64,000 bases of DNA from an uncultured delta proteobacterium (GCA_963796685.1 CAWCMR010000025.1:384001-448000), one strand, 5' to 3'. Positions 45,321 through 56,900 are shown, counted from the first letter of the stretch. Numbers and translations: made by a program. The notes: a model not told the origin generated them from the sequence alone.

Positions 45321-47959
45321 TCACCATCGGACTACATCGTTCCACGTGCTGCGGCCGGACGAGGGCGTGGCGCGTTCGCGGTTTTCGCCGCTGGCCGTCT
45401 TCTCCCAGGCGATGCTGCCATCGGCGTTCTTGCGATAGTATCTGTATCGGATGCGCCTTCCGGCGGGCAAGCTCAGGCTCGTCTTCCAAACCGAGTAGTC
45501 CATGGCATCGGCAGGAACGCCGAGGTCCGTGTTCCAGTTGCCGAGCGCATCCGCGTCTCCGGTCACATAGAGGTATTGGCCGCCCCTGGTCGTCGCCGTG
45601 GCATTGACGTCGATTTCGATCTCGCCCTCGGCTGGCGGCACAGCACACGTGTGGTAGCGACTGCAGGCGATACGCGGGACGTCGACCACGACCCCGGCGT
45701 GGATGGAGGCGAGCAGGCTGATGTATTCGCCCATCGCCCAATTGAGCGGCGCAATGGATCCGGTCGGCTCACCGGGCAGATACGGGGCCGGCGTTACCAC
45801 GGGCCAATCGGAACCGGTCCTGGTGCGAGTCCAGACTTGCTCGGGTACGAACCCCTCGGGGGTCGAGAATGCCTTCAGTGCAGCCAGGTATGGCTTACCG
45901 CTGGCGCCATCGCCGGTCCTTGCGATTTCGTACATGCCGCGCTCGGCGGTCAGCAGCGGCCAAAGCCGGCCGCGCCCACGTAGCCCGTCGTAGCTGCCGC
46001 CATCGTTGCGTTCGCCGTAGCCGTCGAAGTTGTAACGAAGCCAAGCGGCACCTTTGCCGGCTATCGTTTGCTCCAGGGTCGAGTCGTACTCGAGTAGTGA
46101 GGCGAGGATTACCGGATCGTCCGCGCGCTTGACCCCCAGGCGCACGAGCTCGAGAAAGCCACCGTCGACGATGGCGCGCTGATCGTGACTGCCGCCACCA
46201 TTGCCGATGAGCAAAGTGGTCGGATCGTCGGGGCCCGAAACCGGGTCATACCCATGAAGACCGATGCCAATGGGGCGGCGCTTTGCCGGATTCAGGCGAA
46301 GGAAGTAGTGGTGGTCGCCGAGGGCTCCGTTGGTGGTGAATGTCCAGGCGCCGACGTTCTGTTGCCAATAGTCGGCTGCGGCGAGGTAGTGGGCCGCGCT
46401 CGCGAGGTCGTCGTTCGTCCGGGCCAGCTCGGCTGCCGCCACCAACCCGGCAACTTCCGCTGCGATGGTCGAGGGCGAGTACCCGCTGCTCTCTTCCCAG
46501 CGCTCCTCTTGGGTCCACGGCCCGTTGGCCACGAGGTAATCGGCCGTGGCGCGCATGGTGGGCCACAGCGCCTGCAGCTCGTTCCTGGTGGCCGCGTCGC
46601 CTTTGTCCCACACTCGCCACGCAAGCAACAGCGGCATGGCTTGCTCGTCCATTTGGGTCGCGGTCCAGTACTGGCGGCCATCCACCCACGCATTCTGTGG
46701 AAAGCGCCCTTTACGGGAATATCCTCGCGGGCAGTGGGGTGCGTTGCCTTCGCTGTCGCCACAGTCGGCCTTTTGCTGGAGCACGTCGAACAGGTAGCGC
46801 ACCACGCGGACTCCCGTCGCGAGGTCGCCAGCGGTCACCAGCGCGTTGGCAAATTTGAAGAGGTCGCGTGACCAGACCATGTGGTAACCGGCGGGGTTGC
46901 CATCGCTACTGGATTGCCCCCATGGCGTGCCCATGCCGGCAATCATGGCGCCATTCGACTTGTCCTGAGCGGTCTTGAGGGTCATGGCGGCGAGGTAGTA
47001 TTGCTCGTCCGCCGTGCCGCCCTGACTGTCGAGGCCCGCCACGTAGGCGTGCCAGGCGTCGTCGTAACGGCGCCGCGTGGTTGCCGGGTTGCTCGCCAGT
47101 GTCGCCGCCGCGGTGGCGATGGCCTCGACGTCGGTCGCGCCAAAGCCCAGCGCCACCACGAAGGTGACGGACTTCTTGCGCGCATCCCCCAGGTCGACCC
47201 AGCCCGGCTGGGCGACGTTGCCTCCGGCCGCGAGGTCATACGTCCAGTCCATCCCGTGGTCGGTCTCGAGATCCGCGCGCCCGTCCGAGAGCCCCACGAA
47301 GCCGTTCGAGACCATGGGCCGGCCGCCGACCCGTGTCCACGGCCGCGATATGCCGAGTGCCGAAGCACGAGAGCCCTGCGACGCTACCAGAAAGGTCCGT
47401 CCTCGGTGGAACCGGGTGCTCGAGGTGTCGCCACCGTTCGAATCGTCTATCGACGGGTCGTGAAAGACGAAGAGATGGAAGTCGCCCAGCGTTCGCCCGT
47501 CCAGCGCCTCGAAAGTCGTTTGCACGATGATCGCGCTCCGTTCGGGATCCGCGACGATCTCTTTGCCGATGCGCCAGTGGTGTTCGGTGTTCATGGTAAT
47601 AACGTGCCAGCGCATCGAATGCGGATCCGGGCGCGTGGCCTGGTACTGCTGCTGCCGTTCTTCATCGACGAACGTCTTGGCCTTATCGGCGACGAAGAGC
47701 TGAGATCCACGGCCTGCACGGAATCGAGCGTGGGATAGAAGATCTCGGACAGCGTACCGCGATAGCCTGTGAAATAGACCCGCGAGCGCGTGTCGAGAGC
47801 GGTGCCGACGAACGATTTTCGGGCCGGCGCCCAGGCTCCTGCAACTCCCGGTTCTCCAGGTGCAGGGCCGGCAGCGTCGACGGCATGCGGCGCGAAGACC
47901 AAGGCCAAGGCGAAGGGTGCGAAAGCGGGCCTCATGGTTTGCGTTTGCAACACTGCCAT
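45321..47959 (-). CDS. Secreted GH15 glucoamylase/glucodextranase with a C-terminal CBM20; frameshift near 47702
   Basis: Signal peptide, EIFYPTLD, YHMVWSRD, QMDE, ERWEE, PEQVW, PLNWA; CBM20 YVTGD..LGNW...WE...NR. Confidence 0.9.
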
Positions 47960-48195
47960 TCGTTGTGCAAGTCCCTATCGCCTGCCAGGCCCCACGACCA
48001 CGACCTCCTGCGGCTTGTCGCGGGATTACAGTGGCCGTGGTGCTTGGCCTTTGGTGCGACGAGCCGTCACCCGAGAGGCTCAGCCTTGGAATAGGGCCTT
48101 TACCCCGGCGCCTCGCGACGTCGCCGCGGCTTGTCGCAGGATTGCGGTGGAGTCACGACCTTGAATGACTCGAACGCGATTTGTAAAATTCTGAT

Positions 48196-49717
48196 GTGCG
48201 GTGTCCGCCGTTAAGCAAAGCGCTCCTTGGGAAGCGATACCTGGCGGCTGTCGTGGCCGCCTTGCTCGTATGGAGCCCTGTAGACGTCGCCTCCTCGGCG
48301 GTCCCGGCGCCGGCGCCGTATCGGGCCTCGCCCGAGGAACAGCAATTCCTCGAAACCCTGCAGCACGACACCTTCCGCTTCTTCTGGGAGACGACCCCGG
48401 CGAAAAGCGGTCTTACCCTCGACCGCTTTCCGGCCAACGACCTTGCCAGCGTCGCCGGCGTCGGCTTTGCGCTTACGTCCTATGTCGTTGGCGTGGGCAG
48501 GGGGTGGATCACGCGCGACCAGGCAGCCGAGCGGACCTTGACCACCTTGCGCTTTCTGTGGCGCGCACCGCAAGGGCCCGAGCGAGCCGGCGTGGCCGGA
48601 TACCGAGGCTTCTTCTATCACTTCCTCGATATCCACACGGGCTACCGCGCGCCCGGGGCGGAGCTCTCCACCATGGACACGGCGTTGCTCATGGCCGGGG
48701 TTCTTTCCTCGGCCACGTTCTTCGACGGGAGCGACGCCACCGAACGAAGCATTCGTCAGCCTGGGCCGGCAACTGTACGGGCGGGTGGATTGGACGTGGG
48801 CGTATTCTCGGCGGCATCCCCCGCTGTTGAGCATGGGGTGGACGCCCGAGGATGGGTTCATCGCTGCCGATTGGCAGGGGTACAACGAGGCGATGATCCT
48901 ATACGTGCTCGCGCTGGGCTCCGACACCCACCCCATCAAGGCGCAGGCGTGGAAGGCATGGACGTCCACCTACCGCTGGGAGGGAGGCGACGGTTTTCCA
49001 CGCGTGGCGTTCGACCCGCTGTTCGGCCATCAGTACTCGCACGTGTGGATCGACTTTCGCGGCATCCAAGATGCGTACATGCGGTCAAAGGGCATCGACT
49101 ATTTCATCAATTCGACCCGTGCAACCTACGCCAATCGGGCCTACTGCGTGGCGAACCCGGCGAAGTGGGTCGGCTACGACGCTCAAGTGTGGGGCCTGAG
49201 CGCCTCGGACGGACCGCTCAGGATCGGCGGCGAAAGCGCCGCGACGGACGACCGCTTTCATGCTTACTGGGCGCGCGGCGCAGGACCCGACCGTAGGGAC
49301 GACGGCACCATCGCCGTGACGGCAGCCGGCGGATCGGTTCCGTTTGCGCCCGAGCTGACCATCCCGACGTTACGCTATTTCCGCGCGCACTTCGGCAAAC
49401 AGCTCTATGGCAAGTACGGATTCAAGGACGCTTTCAATCTGTCCTTCCCGAATTCGGGGTCGCACGAGCCGGGTTGGTTTGCCGATCAGTATGTTGCCAT
49501 CGACCAAGGGCCGATTCTGCTGATGATTGAAAATTTCCGCACCGAGCGGGTGTGGACGCTGATGAAGAGCAACCCGTACATCCGCAAGGGTCTGCTGAGG
49601 GCCGGCTTTTCCGGCGGTTGGTTGGACGGCAAGCCCGTGACCTCCTCTGCGACCGAGGTCGCGGCATCTGCGCCAGCGGCAACGCCCCCTTGCCGAACAG
49701 CCCCGGACGGGGGCTAG
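48196..49717 (+). CDS. GH144-like endo-beta-1,2-glucanase (DUF2329 family); frameshift near 48760
   Basis: FRFFWE, RGFFYHF, ELSTMDT, GYNEA, LFGHQYSH, YGFKDAFN, IDQGP...ENFR. Confidence 0.88.
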
Positions 49718-49722
49718 CCCGC

Positions 49723-52083
49723 TCAGTCGCGAATCCCGAGCTCCACGGGGGTGCCGCGCGTGGAATCGTCAGCGACCCACACCTGCAGACGGCTGGGTTC
49801 GGCCCCGAACTTCAGGTCCTCGCCCCAGAATCCGAGCGCGGCTTTGCCCAGGTTGAATTCGACCTCTTTGCTCTCGCTAGGCTCGAGGTAGACGCGCTCG
49901 AATCCCTCGAGCTCGCGCACCGGCCGCGCGACGCTGGTGCCGGTCAGGCGGATGTAGCACTGGGCGATGGCGGTTCCCGCGCGCGCGCCTGTGTTGCGGA
50001 TGGTTGCATGGATTGTGACGCTCGCGCCGCGACGGTTGATGGCCGCTGCGGACAGCGAGTCTCGGTCGGCGGAAGGCGGCCCATAGGAATACGTCGTGTA
50101 GGACAATCCGTAGCCGAAGGGGAACAGGGGCGTATTGCGCTCGTCGATGTAGCGGCTGGTGAAGCGGTCGAGGCCCGCGGGCACACCGGCCAAGGGCCGC
50201 CCGGTGTTGAGCGCATCGTAGTAGAGCGGCTCTTGGCCCACGGTGCGTGGCCAGGTGGCGGTGAGATGCCCGGAGGGATTGATGTCCCCGAAGAGCAGTC
50301 GCACCAGCGCGGGTCCGGCTTGCACGCCGGGAAACCAAGCGGCGACGATGGCTGGGACGTGCGCCGCCGCCCAGGCAATCGTCAGTGGCCGACCGTTGAA
50401 GAGCAACAGAACCATCGGCTTGCCCGTCGCCGCAACCGCCCGGAGCAGATTCTCCTGCTGGCCGCCCAAGCCGAGATAGGCCCGGGAAGCGGCTTCTCCC
50501 GTCAAATCGCCGTGCTCGCCGAGCGCAAGAATGACAAGGTCAGCTCGTCCGGCAATCCGCACCGCCTGGGCAAACCCGGACGTGTCTCCGCCGACGGTGT
50601 CGGCACCTCGGGCATACGACAAGGTCATCCGGTTCGCCGCCGCTCGGTCGGCAAGTGCCGCGCGCAGCGTGACCACGTCGCTCGCACTGCCTTGTGCGCT
50701 CCAAGAGCCAAGCATGTCCTGCGCGCTGTCCGCCAGCGGACCAATCAGCGCGATCTTCAAGCGCGGTTTCGCCCGCAGGGGCAGCAGCGGCGAACCCTTC
50801 ACGGCTTCGTCCTTCAAAAGTACGAACGACTCCTCGGCCGCCTGCCGGGCCAGCGCCCGCGATGCCTCGGGCAGCGGTTCATGACTTGCGCCGCCGGCGG
50901 CGTAGGGATGCTCGAACAGACCCAGGGCAAATTTCGCGCGCAGGACGCGCCTGACGGCATCGTCCACCTTGACGGCAGGCACCTCGCCCGAACGCACGAG
51001 GCGCGGAAGCTCGCGCAGGTAGAGTCCGCTTTCCATATCCACGTCGGCGCCTGCGAGAAAGGCCTTGCGGGCAGCGGTGGCGTCGTCGTTGGCGATGCCG
51101 TGCGCCCGCAGCTCGGCGATGGACGTCCAGTCGCTGACGACCAATCCGGGAAACTTCCATTCTTTGCGCAAGACTTCGGTCAAGGTGAAGGGATTGGCGC
51201 TGGCGGGAATCCCGTCGATGGCGTTGAACGCCGCCATGACGGTGGCCGTGCCGGCATCGACGCTGGCCTGAAACGGTGGCAAGTACACCTGACGAAGCGT
51301 TCGCTCGGAAAGTTCCGTGCTGTTGTAGTCCCGCCCGGCTTCCGCGGCGCCGTAGCCGACGAAATGCTTGGCACACGCGAGAATCGACGTGGGCTCGCCC
51401 AAGTGGGCGCCTTGGTATCCGCGCACATAGGCTTGCGCCAGCACCGCGCCCAGGTACGGATCTTCGCCTGCACCCTCGGCGATACGGCCCCAGCGGGCGT
51501 CGCGGGCGATGTCGACCATGGGCGAGAAGGTCCAGCGGATGCCTTCTGCCGAGGCCTCTTGTGCGGCCAGGCGCGAGACACGTTCGACAAGCACGCTATC
51601 CCAGCTGGCAGCGAGGCCCAGGTTCATGGGGAAGATCGTGCGGAAGCCGTGGATGACGTCCAGTCCGAACAGCAGCGGGATGTGAAGCCGCGATTGCTCG
51701 ACGGCGATGCGCTGAAGAGCGTTCACCTGTTCGGCATTGGTCGCATTGATCAGGCTGCCAATCTGTCCAGCGGCGATCATGCTCTCGTAGGAGCTGCGGT
51801 GGGTGCCGGGCCCGGTAGGCTCACCCACGGAGAACTGATTCAATTGCCCGGTCTTTTCCTCCAGCGTCATTCGGTCGAGCAAGGCGTTTATCCGCTCTTC
51901 CCCCTGCGCTCGTTTGGCCGTGTGATCCAGGCCCGTGAGACGCGGATCCGGCAGTCGGGGCATCGGGTAGGCGCGTAGGGCGAGCGCGACGCCCACAGCG
52001 CCGAGGCCGACCACGATAGCGCCGCTGAGGGCGAGGTGCCGCCCCAGGGGGAAGCCCGGGGTCAGGTGCTCGGTCGGTGCCAT
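49723..52083 (-). CDS. bglX: GH3 beta-glucosidase (BglX-like)
   Basis: MTLEEK, DVIHG, RWGR, GEDP, KHF, VVSDW, FGYGLSYT, C-terminal Fn3-like domain. Confidence 0.93.
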   Translation of the reverse strand: MAPTEHLTPGFPLGRHLALSGAIVVGLGAVGVALALRAYPMPRLPDPRLTGLDHTAKRAQGEERINALLDRMTLEEKTGQLNQFSVGEPTGPGTHRSSYESMIAAGQIGSLINATNAEQVNALQRIAVEQSRLHIPLLFGLDVIHGFRTIFPMNLGLAASWDSVLVERVSRLAAQEASAEGIRWTFSPMVDIARDARWGRIAEGAGEDPYLGAVLAQAYVRGYQGAHLGEPTSILACAKHFVGYGAAEAGRDYNSTELSERTLRQVYLPPFQASVDAGTATVMAAFNAIDGIPASANPFTLTEVLRKEWKFPGLVVSDWTSIAELRAHGIANDDATAARKAFLAGADVDMESGLYLRELPRLVRSGEVPAVKVDDAVRRVLRAKFALGLFEHPYAAGGASHEPLPEASRALARQAAEESFVLLKDEAVKGSPLLPLRAKPRLKIALIGPLADSAQDMLGSWSAQGSASDVVTLRAALADRAAANRMTLSYARGADTVGGDTSGFAQAVRIAGRADLVILALGEHGDLTGEAASRAYLGLGGQQENLLRAVAATGKPMVLLLFNGRPLTIAWAAAHVPAIVAAWFPGVQAGPALVRLLFGDINPSGHLTATWPRTVGQEPLYYDALNTGRPLAGVPAGLDRFTSRYIDERNTPLFPFGYGLSYTTYSYGPPSADRDSLSAAAINRRGASVTIHATIRNTGARAGTAIAQCYIRLTGTSVARPVRELEGFERVYLEPSESKEVEFNLGKAALGFWGEDLKFGAEPSRLQVWVADDSTRGTPVELGIRD

Positions 52084-52370
52084 CGCCGGCTCGAATCTCG
52101 GTCACGCCCGAACCCGCGCCTACCGCATACATGTCTCAAGTATGACCTCGCCCTCGAAACATCGGCCACGGATCCCGGCTTCTATCCCAATGAAGATGGG
52201 CAGATGGGCAAGCTCCGACGCGGACGGCTGCAAGTTTTTGGTTCCTCCTCCTTGCGCGAACGCGGGACGTAAGGAAACTATCCAGAGATTACCGAAAGCC
52301 ATTCTCCGGAGGTGCTTGCATGACCACCCTTGACCATCGTCCAGGCGGCTGACTCGGTTGGAGCGCGGAC

Positions 52371-53705
52371 TTGGCGATCTCCAGAACCCACCGGGTGCTG
52401 CTGGGCGGTTTGTGCTTGGCCATCTCCTTCCGCTGGGCGGAAGGCGCGGGATGCGCGCGCGAAGCACCGTCCGGACCGGGCGCCCAGGGTGAGGAGGGCA
52501 AGCAGGGCGAGCAGAGCAAGCAGGGCAAGGACGAGTCGAAAGCGGAAAATCCCAAGACCGGCAAGCTGGAGCTGGACTTCTTCCCCATCGCCGGTGGCGA
52601 CAGCGACGTCGGCATCGGTGGCGGAGAGCTGAGCAGCGTGGCGCGGCTAAGCAAGGAGGAGCCCGGCCAAGCCACCTTCATCTGGAAGATCGAAGACGCC
52701 GCGTTGCTGACCTTCAAGCTGCGCAACAACAGCCTCATCATCCCCTTCATCGACATCTGGGCGAAGTGGACGGTGCCGCACTTCGGCCCGGACGGACGCT
52801 TCCGCATCGAGGTGCGCCCCTCGTACACCGACGAACGCACCCTGGGCTACTACGGCATCGGCAATGCCAGTCGATATCCCGACAACGTGCCAATCGATAC
52901 TCTTGAGTACCGTCGCACCCATCCCACCCTGGCGGCCAACCTGCGGGTCAAGCTTTTCGACGACTGTTTTGCCAGCATCGGCAGCTCGTTTACCTTCAGC
53001 CGGCTCGCGGTCGGCGCCAACACCCTGCTCGAGCACGACCAAACGAGTGGCTCACCCGAGGTGCGGCAGCTGCTCGGCAACTTCAATTCGCACGCCATCG
53101 GCCTGGCCGAATTTGGTGTCGAGTACGACTCGCGCGATGAAGAGACCGTTCCGCACCACGGCCAGTACCACATGCTGCTGGCCCGCCTGAGCCCGGCCGC
53201 CGGTTCATGGATGCCGTACGACTATCTGCAAATCGAAGCCATCGCGCGCTTCTACACCACGCCGATACCGCGCTGGTTCTCGCTCTCGTTCCGTGCCGTC
53301 GGCGATACCTTCATCGGCACGCCGCCCTTTTACGAGCTGGCGCGCTTCGACGACACCCCGGCCATCGGAGGTGGCAAGGCCATCCGTGGCGTGCCGGCGC
53401 AACGCTACCACGGCAAGGTCAAGCTGTTCGGCAACCTCGAGGCGCGCAGCGACGTGCTGCCGTTCACCCTACGCAACAAGCCCTTCGTGCTCGCGGTGGC
53501 GCTCTTCTTCGACGGGGGCCGCTGCTGGACCGAGATGTTCCACGCCCATCCCGAGCTCGACGGTACCGGTTTCGGACTCAAGTACGGTGTGGGCGGCGGG
53601 CTGCGCTTGCAGGAGGGCAAGGCCTTCGTGGTGCGGGCCGACGTCGCTTGGTCGCCCGATGCTCGTCCGCTTGGGGGATACTTCGACGCAGGGGAGATCT
53701 TTTGA
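52371..53705 (+). CDS. Omp85/BamA-TamA family barrel-only outer-membrane protein
   Basis: YDSRD, IRG...RY loop motif, FFDGGR, GGGLR, terminal Phe; no POTRA domains evident. Confidence 0.8.
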   Translation: MAISRTHRVLLGGLCLAISFRWAEGAGCAREAPSGPGAQGEEGKQGEQSKQGKDESKAENPKTGKLELDFFPIAGGDSDVGIGGGELSSVARLSKEEPGQATFIWKIEDAALLTFKLRNNSLIIPFIDIWAKWTVPHFGPDGRFRIEVRPSYTDERTLGYYGIGNASRYPDNVPIDTLEYRRTHPTLAANLRVKLFDDCFASIGSSFTFSRLAVGANTLLEHDQTSGSPEVRQLLGNFNSHAIGLAEFGVEYDSRDEETVPHHGQYHMLLARLSPAAGSWMPYDYLQIEAIARFYTTPIPRWFSLSFRAVGDTFIGTPPFYELARFDDTPAIGGGKAIRGVPAQRYHGKVKLFGNLEARSDVLPFTLRNKPFVLAVALFFDGGRCWTEMFHAHPELDGTGFGLKYGVGGGLRLQEGKAFVVRADVAWSPDARPLGGYFDAGEIF

Positions 53706-53706
53706 T

Positions 53707-55086
53707 ATGCGGACACAACGCGACTCGATGGGCGAGATGGCGGTTCCGGACGATGCGCTCTACGGCGCCTCCACCCAGCGGGCGGTGCTCAACTTTCCCA
53801 TCAGCGGGCACACCATGCCCGACGCCTTCATCCGGGCGCTGGCCCTGATCAAGCTGGCGTGCGCCCGCGCCCACGAAGATCTGGGCAGATTGTCCGGCGA
53901 AAAATCGCAAGCCATCCAAAGGGCCGCCATGGAGATCGTGGCCGGCGGACTGGCTTCCCAGTTTCCCGTCGACGTCTTTCAAACCGGCTCGGGCACCTCG
54001 ACCAACACCAACATGAACGAGGTCATCGCCAATCGCGCCAGCCGACAGGCGGGCCGGCCGCTCGGATCGAATCTCCCGGTGCACCCCAACGACGACGTCA
54101 ACCTGGGCCAATCCTCGAACGACGTCATTCCCAGCGCGCTGCATGTGAGCGTCGCGGTCGCCCTGCACGGCAAGCTGCGCCCTGCCCTGGCCTTGCTGCA
54201 ACAGGAGCTGGAGGCGAAGGCGCGGCAACTGCAGCCGGTGGTCAAGATCGGCCGCACCCACTTGATGGACGCGACGCCGCTGACCCTCGGGCAAGAATTC
54301 TCGGGCTATGCCATGCAGGCTCAAAAGGCCGTTGAGCGCACCGACCGCGCCATTGCTTGCCTGTACGAGCTCGCCATCGGCGGCACCGCGGTCGGCACCG
54401 GGCTGCACGCCCATCCCGAGCTTGCCGCGCGCGTGTGTGGGATTCTCGCCGCCCATACCGGCCTGCCCTTCGTGGAGGCGCGCAACCACTTCGAGGCACA
54501 AGGCGGACGCGACGATGCGGTCGAAGTGGCCGGTCTGCTGACTGCCATGGCGGCCAGCCTGACCAAGATCGCGAACGACCTGCGGCTGTTATCATCGGGG
54601 CCGCGTTGCGGGCTGGGCGAGATCAATTTGCCCTCGCTGCAGCCGGGCAGCTCGATCATGCCGGGCAAGATCAATCCGGTGATGAGCGAGATGCTGGTAC
54701 AGGTCTGCGCCTATGCCCAGGGCCTGGCCCACACCGTTGTCCTGTGCGGCCGTGACGGCCACCTCGAGCTCAACGTGACCCTTCCGCTCATTGCGTTCTC
54801 GCTGCACGAGGCTATCACGTGCCTCGCCCAGGGCGTGCTCAGCTTCGCCGGGTCCTGCGTGCGCGGCATCGAGCCCAACGCCGAACGCTGCCGCGAGCTG
54901 GTCCAGCGTTCCTTGATGCTGGTGACCGCGCTGACCCCGCACCTGGGTTACGACCGGGCCGCGGAGGTTGCCAAGCAAGCCCTTGCCAGTGGCCGCACCC
55001 TGCGCGAGGTCGTGCTGGAACGCGGCCTGCTCGACGAAGCCACGCTCGACCGCGCGCTCGACCCGATGGGCATGACGGGTGCGTAG
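53707..55086 (+). CDS. fumC: Class II fumarate hydratase
   Basis: RDSMGE, FQTGSGTSTN, HPNDDVN, GRTHLMDA, GSSIMPGKINP. Confidence 0.93.
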   Translation: MRTQRDSMGEMAVPDDALYGASTQRAVLNFPISGHTMPDAFIRALALIKLACARAHEDLGRLSGEKSQAIQRAAMEIVAGGLASQFPVDVFQTGSGTSTNTNMNEVIANRASRQAGRPLGSNLPVHPNDDVNLGQSSNDVIPSALHVSVAVALHGKLRPALALLQQELEAKARQLQPVVKIGRTHLMDATPLTLGQEFSGYAMQAQKAVERTDRAIACLYELAIGGTAVGTGLHAHPELAARVCGILAAHTGLPFVEARNHFEAQGGRDDAVEVAGLLTAMAASLTKIANDLRLLSSGPRCGLGEINLPSLQPGSSIMPGKINPVMSEMLVQVCAYAQGLAHTVVLCGRDGHLELNVTLPLIAFSLHEAITCLAQGVLSFAGSCVRGIEPNAERCRELVQRSLMLVTALTPHLGYDRAAEVAKQALASGRTLREVVLERGLLDEATLDRALDPMGMTGA

Positions 55087-55124
55087 ATCCGAAGTTCCTC
55101 TAGGCTCCGTTCCCTATTGGCGCG

Positions 55125-56900
55125 CTACTTTCCGTATCCCGCAGCGACGATATTGGCCTGGATGGCGTCGTCGGTCGAATCGGGCGGGGCGCCCATCGTC
55201 ATGGCCCCTTCGAACCAGATTCCGACGCCAGTGTTGGAACCGTCGCCTCCCGTCCCCAGGATGATGGCGCCTTGCTTTTTCTGCGGACTGTAGCCGGGCG
55301 GGCGTGCCCCGTAGGTGCTGGTGGTAGCGTTCCACTTGTATGCCATCTTGCCCGACGTGGCGTTGCCGGCCTTGAGCGCGAAACAGCCCGAGCTGGTCAG
55401 GCCCGCGGGGCAGTCCTTTGCCGACAGACCCTTCAGCATGGCGGTGACGTAGGGGAAACCGGTTACGGAGGTGTTGCTCGGTACGTTCGCTGAGCCGTTT
55501 TCGTAGCCATAGTACAACCCATTCTCCAAGTCAGCCCCGACCCATGGACCGCTGCCGCCCCCGGACTGTCCGAACTGCGTGTCGGCCCCCCAGTAGATGG
55601 CCTCCATCGTGGCGTTGCCTTCGTCGATGCCGTCAATCTCCGAGTTGCCATAATCGAAGCAGCACCACTGGCTGGAGGTCTTACCATCGAACACCGAATA
55701 CTCGCCCTCTGCCTCATCACCTGTGGCGATCCCCTTGGTGGTGGCATTCCAGACAACGGTGGCGGAGTTGCTGGTGCCCGAATAGGCAGCTGTCAGCGTC
55801 ACCGTTGCCGAGGCACTTATCGCCGCCGAGGTGAAATAGGTGTGGAAGTTGCAGTTATTGGGCCATGAGTTGGCCGGACAATCTTTGGCGTTGGTGGCGA
55901 ACAAAAGGAACGAGCCCGCCGGTAGGGTCTGCGGGCTCGAGAAGGTCACGGTCGCCGAGCCTTTCGTGATAGCGGCCGTCCCCGACAGCGGTACCCCGGT
56001 TCGATAGGCCACGTTGGTACCGGACTTGATGCCGTAGACAGAGTGTCCCCCCACCGTGATCTTGGCCGCCGTGGCGGTGGCGGGGTTGCCTCCACTCTGC
56101 AACCAATACGCAAACCACGTGACCCGCAGATGATTTCCGTTGGGCGACTGGTCGTAGATGATCGGAATGGTGCACGTCGTGCCGGAGCAGAACGAGTCTT
56201 GGGCGGTGCTGTCAGCGAAGCCCCCGGGGCCGACCAGGATGTCCTTGGTCGTCTTGTCCGAGGCCCGTTGAACCTGGTAAAGGGGGCCGCTGTACGAAGC
56301 ATAGAGTGCGCGAACCGTGCTGTGCGCGGCACCGCAAGGCGTACTTGCGGATTGATAGATGTCGCAGGGTCCGGCCGGGCCGGTGCCGCTCGAGCCGGCG
56401 GTCCCTCCTGTAGCGGTCGTGCCCCCCGAGCCAACGGTCCCTCCTACGCCGATCGTGCCACCCGAGCCAGCGGTTCCGCCCCCGCCGGTCGAGCCCTCCG
56501 AGCCAACGGTCCCTGCCATGCCGCCGTCGGTTCCTCCGGAACCGCCTGCCCCGCCCCTCCCCGTCGTGCCGCCGGTATGGGCACTGCCGCCGCTACCGCC
56601 CTGGGGCGAGCTGCCAGGTTCACCGCCAACTTGGCCGCCGCTACCGCTGCTCCCCCCCGCGCCGGATGAGGTGCTGCCACCTGAGCCCCCTCGGCCGGTT
56701 GCACCGCCCAAGCTTGCGAGCCCGCCGCTTCCAGAACCGCCGAGACCTGCACCACCACTGCCCGTCGGCTGGCTGCCGCCCGCGTTCGTTCCACCGGTCG
56801 ACGAGACGCCGGCCGATCCACTGGCGCTGCAGCCCATGAAGGGTGACGTCGCGGTTGCCGCAAACCCTAGAGCCGCTACCGCGAACCATGTGCTTTTCAT
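55125..56900 (-). CDS. GH54 alpha-L-arabinofuranosidase B lipoprotein with a Gly-rich linker
   Basis: GPCDIY, AAHSTVRALY, IYDQS, CCFDYGN, MEAIY, ADLENG, GAIILGTGGD, QANIVAAGY. Confidence 0.92.
   Translation of the reverse strand: MKSTWFAVAALGFAATATSPFMGCSASGSAGVSSTGGTNAGGSQPTGSGGAGLGGSGSGGLASLGGATGRGGSGGSTSSGAGGSSGSGGQVGGEPGSSPQGGSGGSAHTGGTTGRGGAGGSGGTDGGMAGTVGSEGSTGGGGTAGSGGTIGVGGTVGSGGTTATGGTAGSSGTGPAGPCDIYQSASTPCGAAHSTVRALYASYSGPLYQVQRASDKTTKDILVGPGGFADSTAQDSFCSGTTCTIPIIYDQSPNGNHLRVTWFAYWLQSGGNPATATAAKITVGGHSVYGIKSGTNVAYRTGVPLSGTAAITKGSATVTFSSPQTLPAGSFLLFATNAKDCPANSWPNNCNFHTYFTSAAISASATVTLTAAYSGTSNSATVVWNATTKGIATGDEAEGEYSVFDGKTSSQWCCFDYGNSEIDGIDEGNATMEAIYWGADTQFGQSGGGSGPWVGADLENGLYYGYENGSANVPSNTSVTGFPYVTAMLKGLSAKDCPAGLTSSGCFALKAGNATSGKMAYKWNATTSTYGARPPGYSPQKKQGAIILGTGGDGSNTGVGIWFEGAMTMGAPPDSTDDAIQANIVAAGYGK

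Noticed and set aside
49552-51978. Long antisense or alternate-frame ORFs (also 16376..18655, 11015..12328, 53293 N-terminal extension)
   Set aside because: Shadow ORFs expected in high-GC DNA opposite well-supported genes; Arg/Pro-rich with no recognisable motifs.
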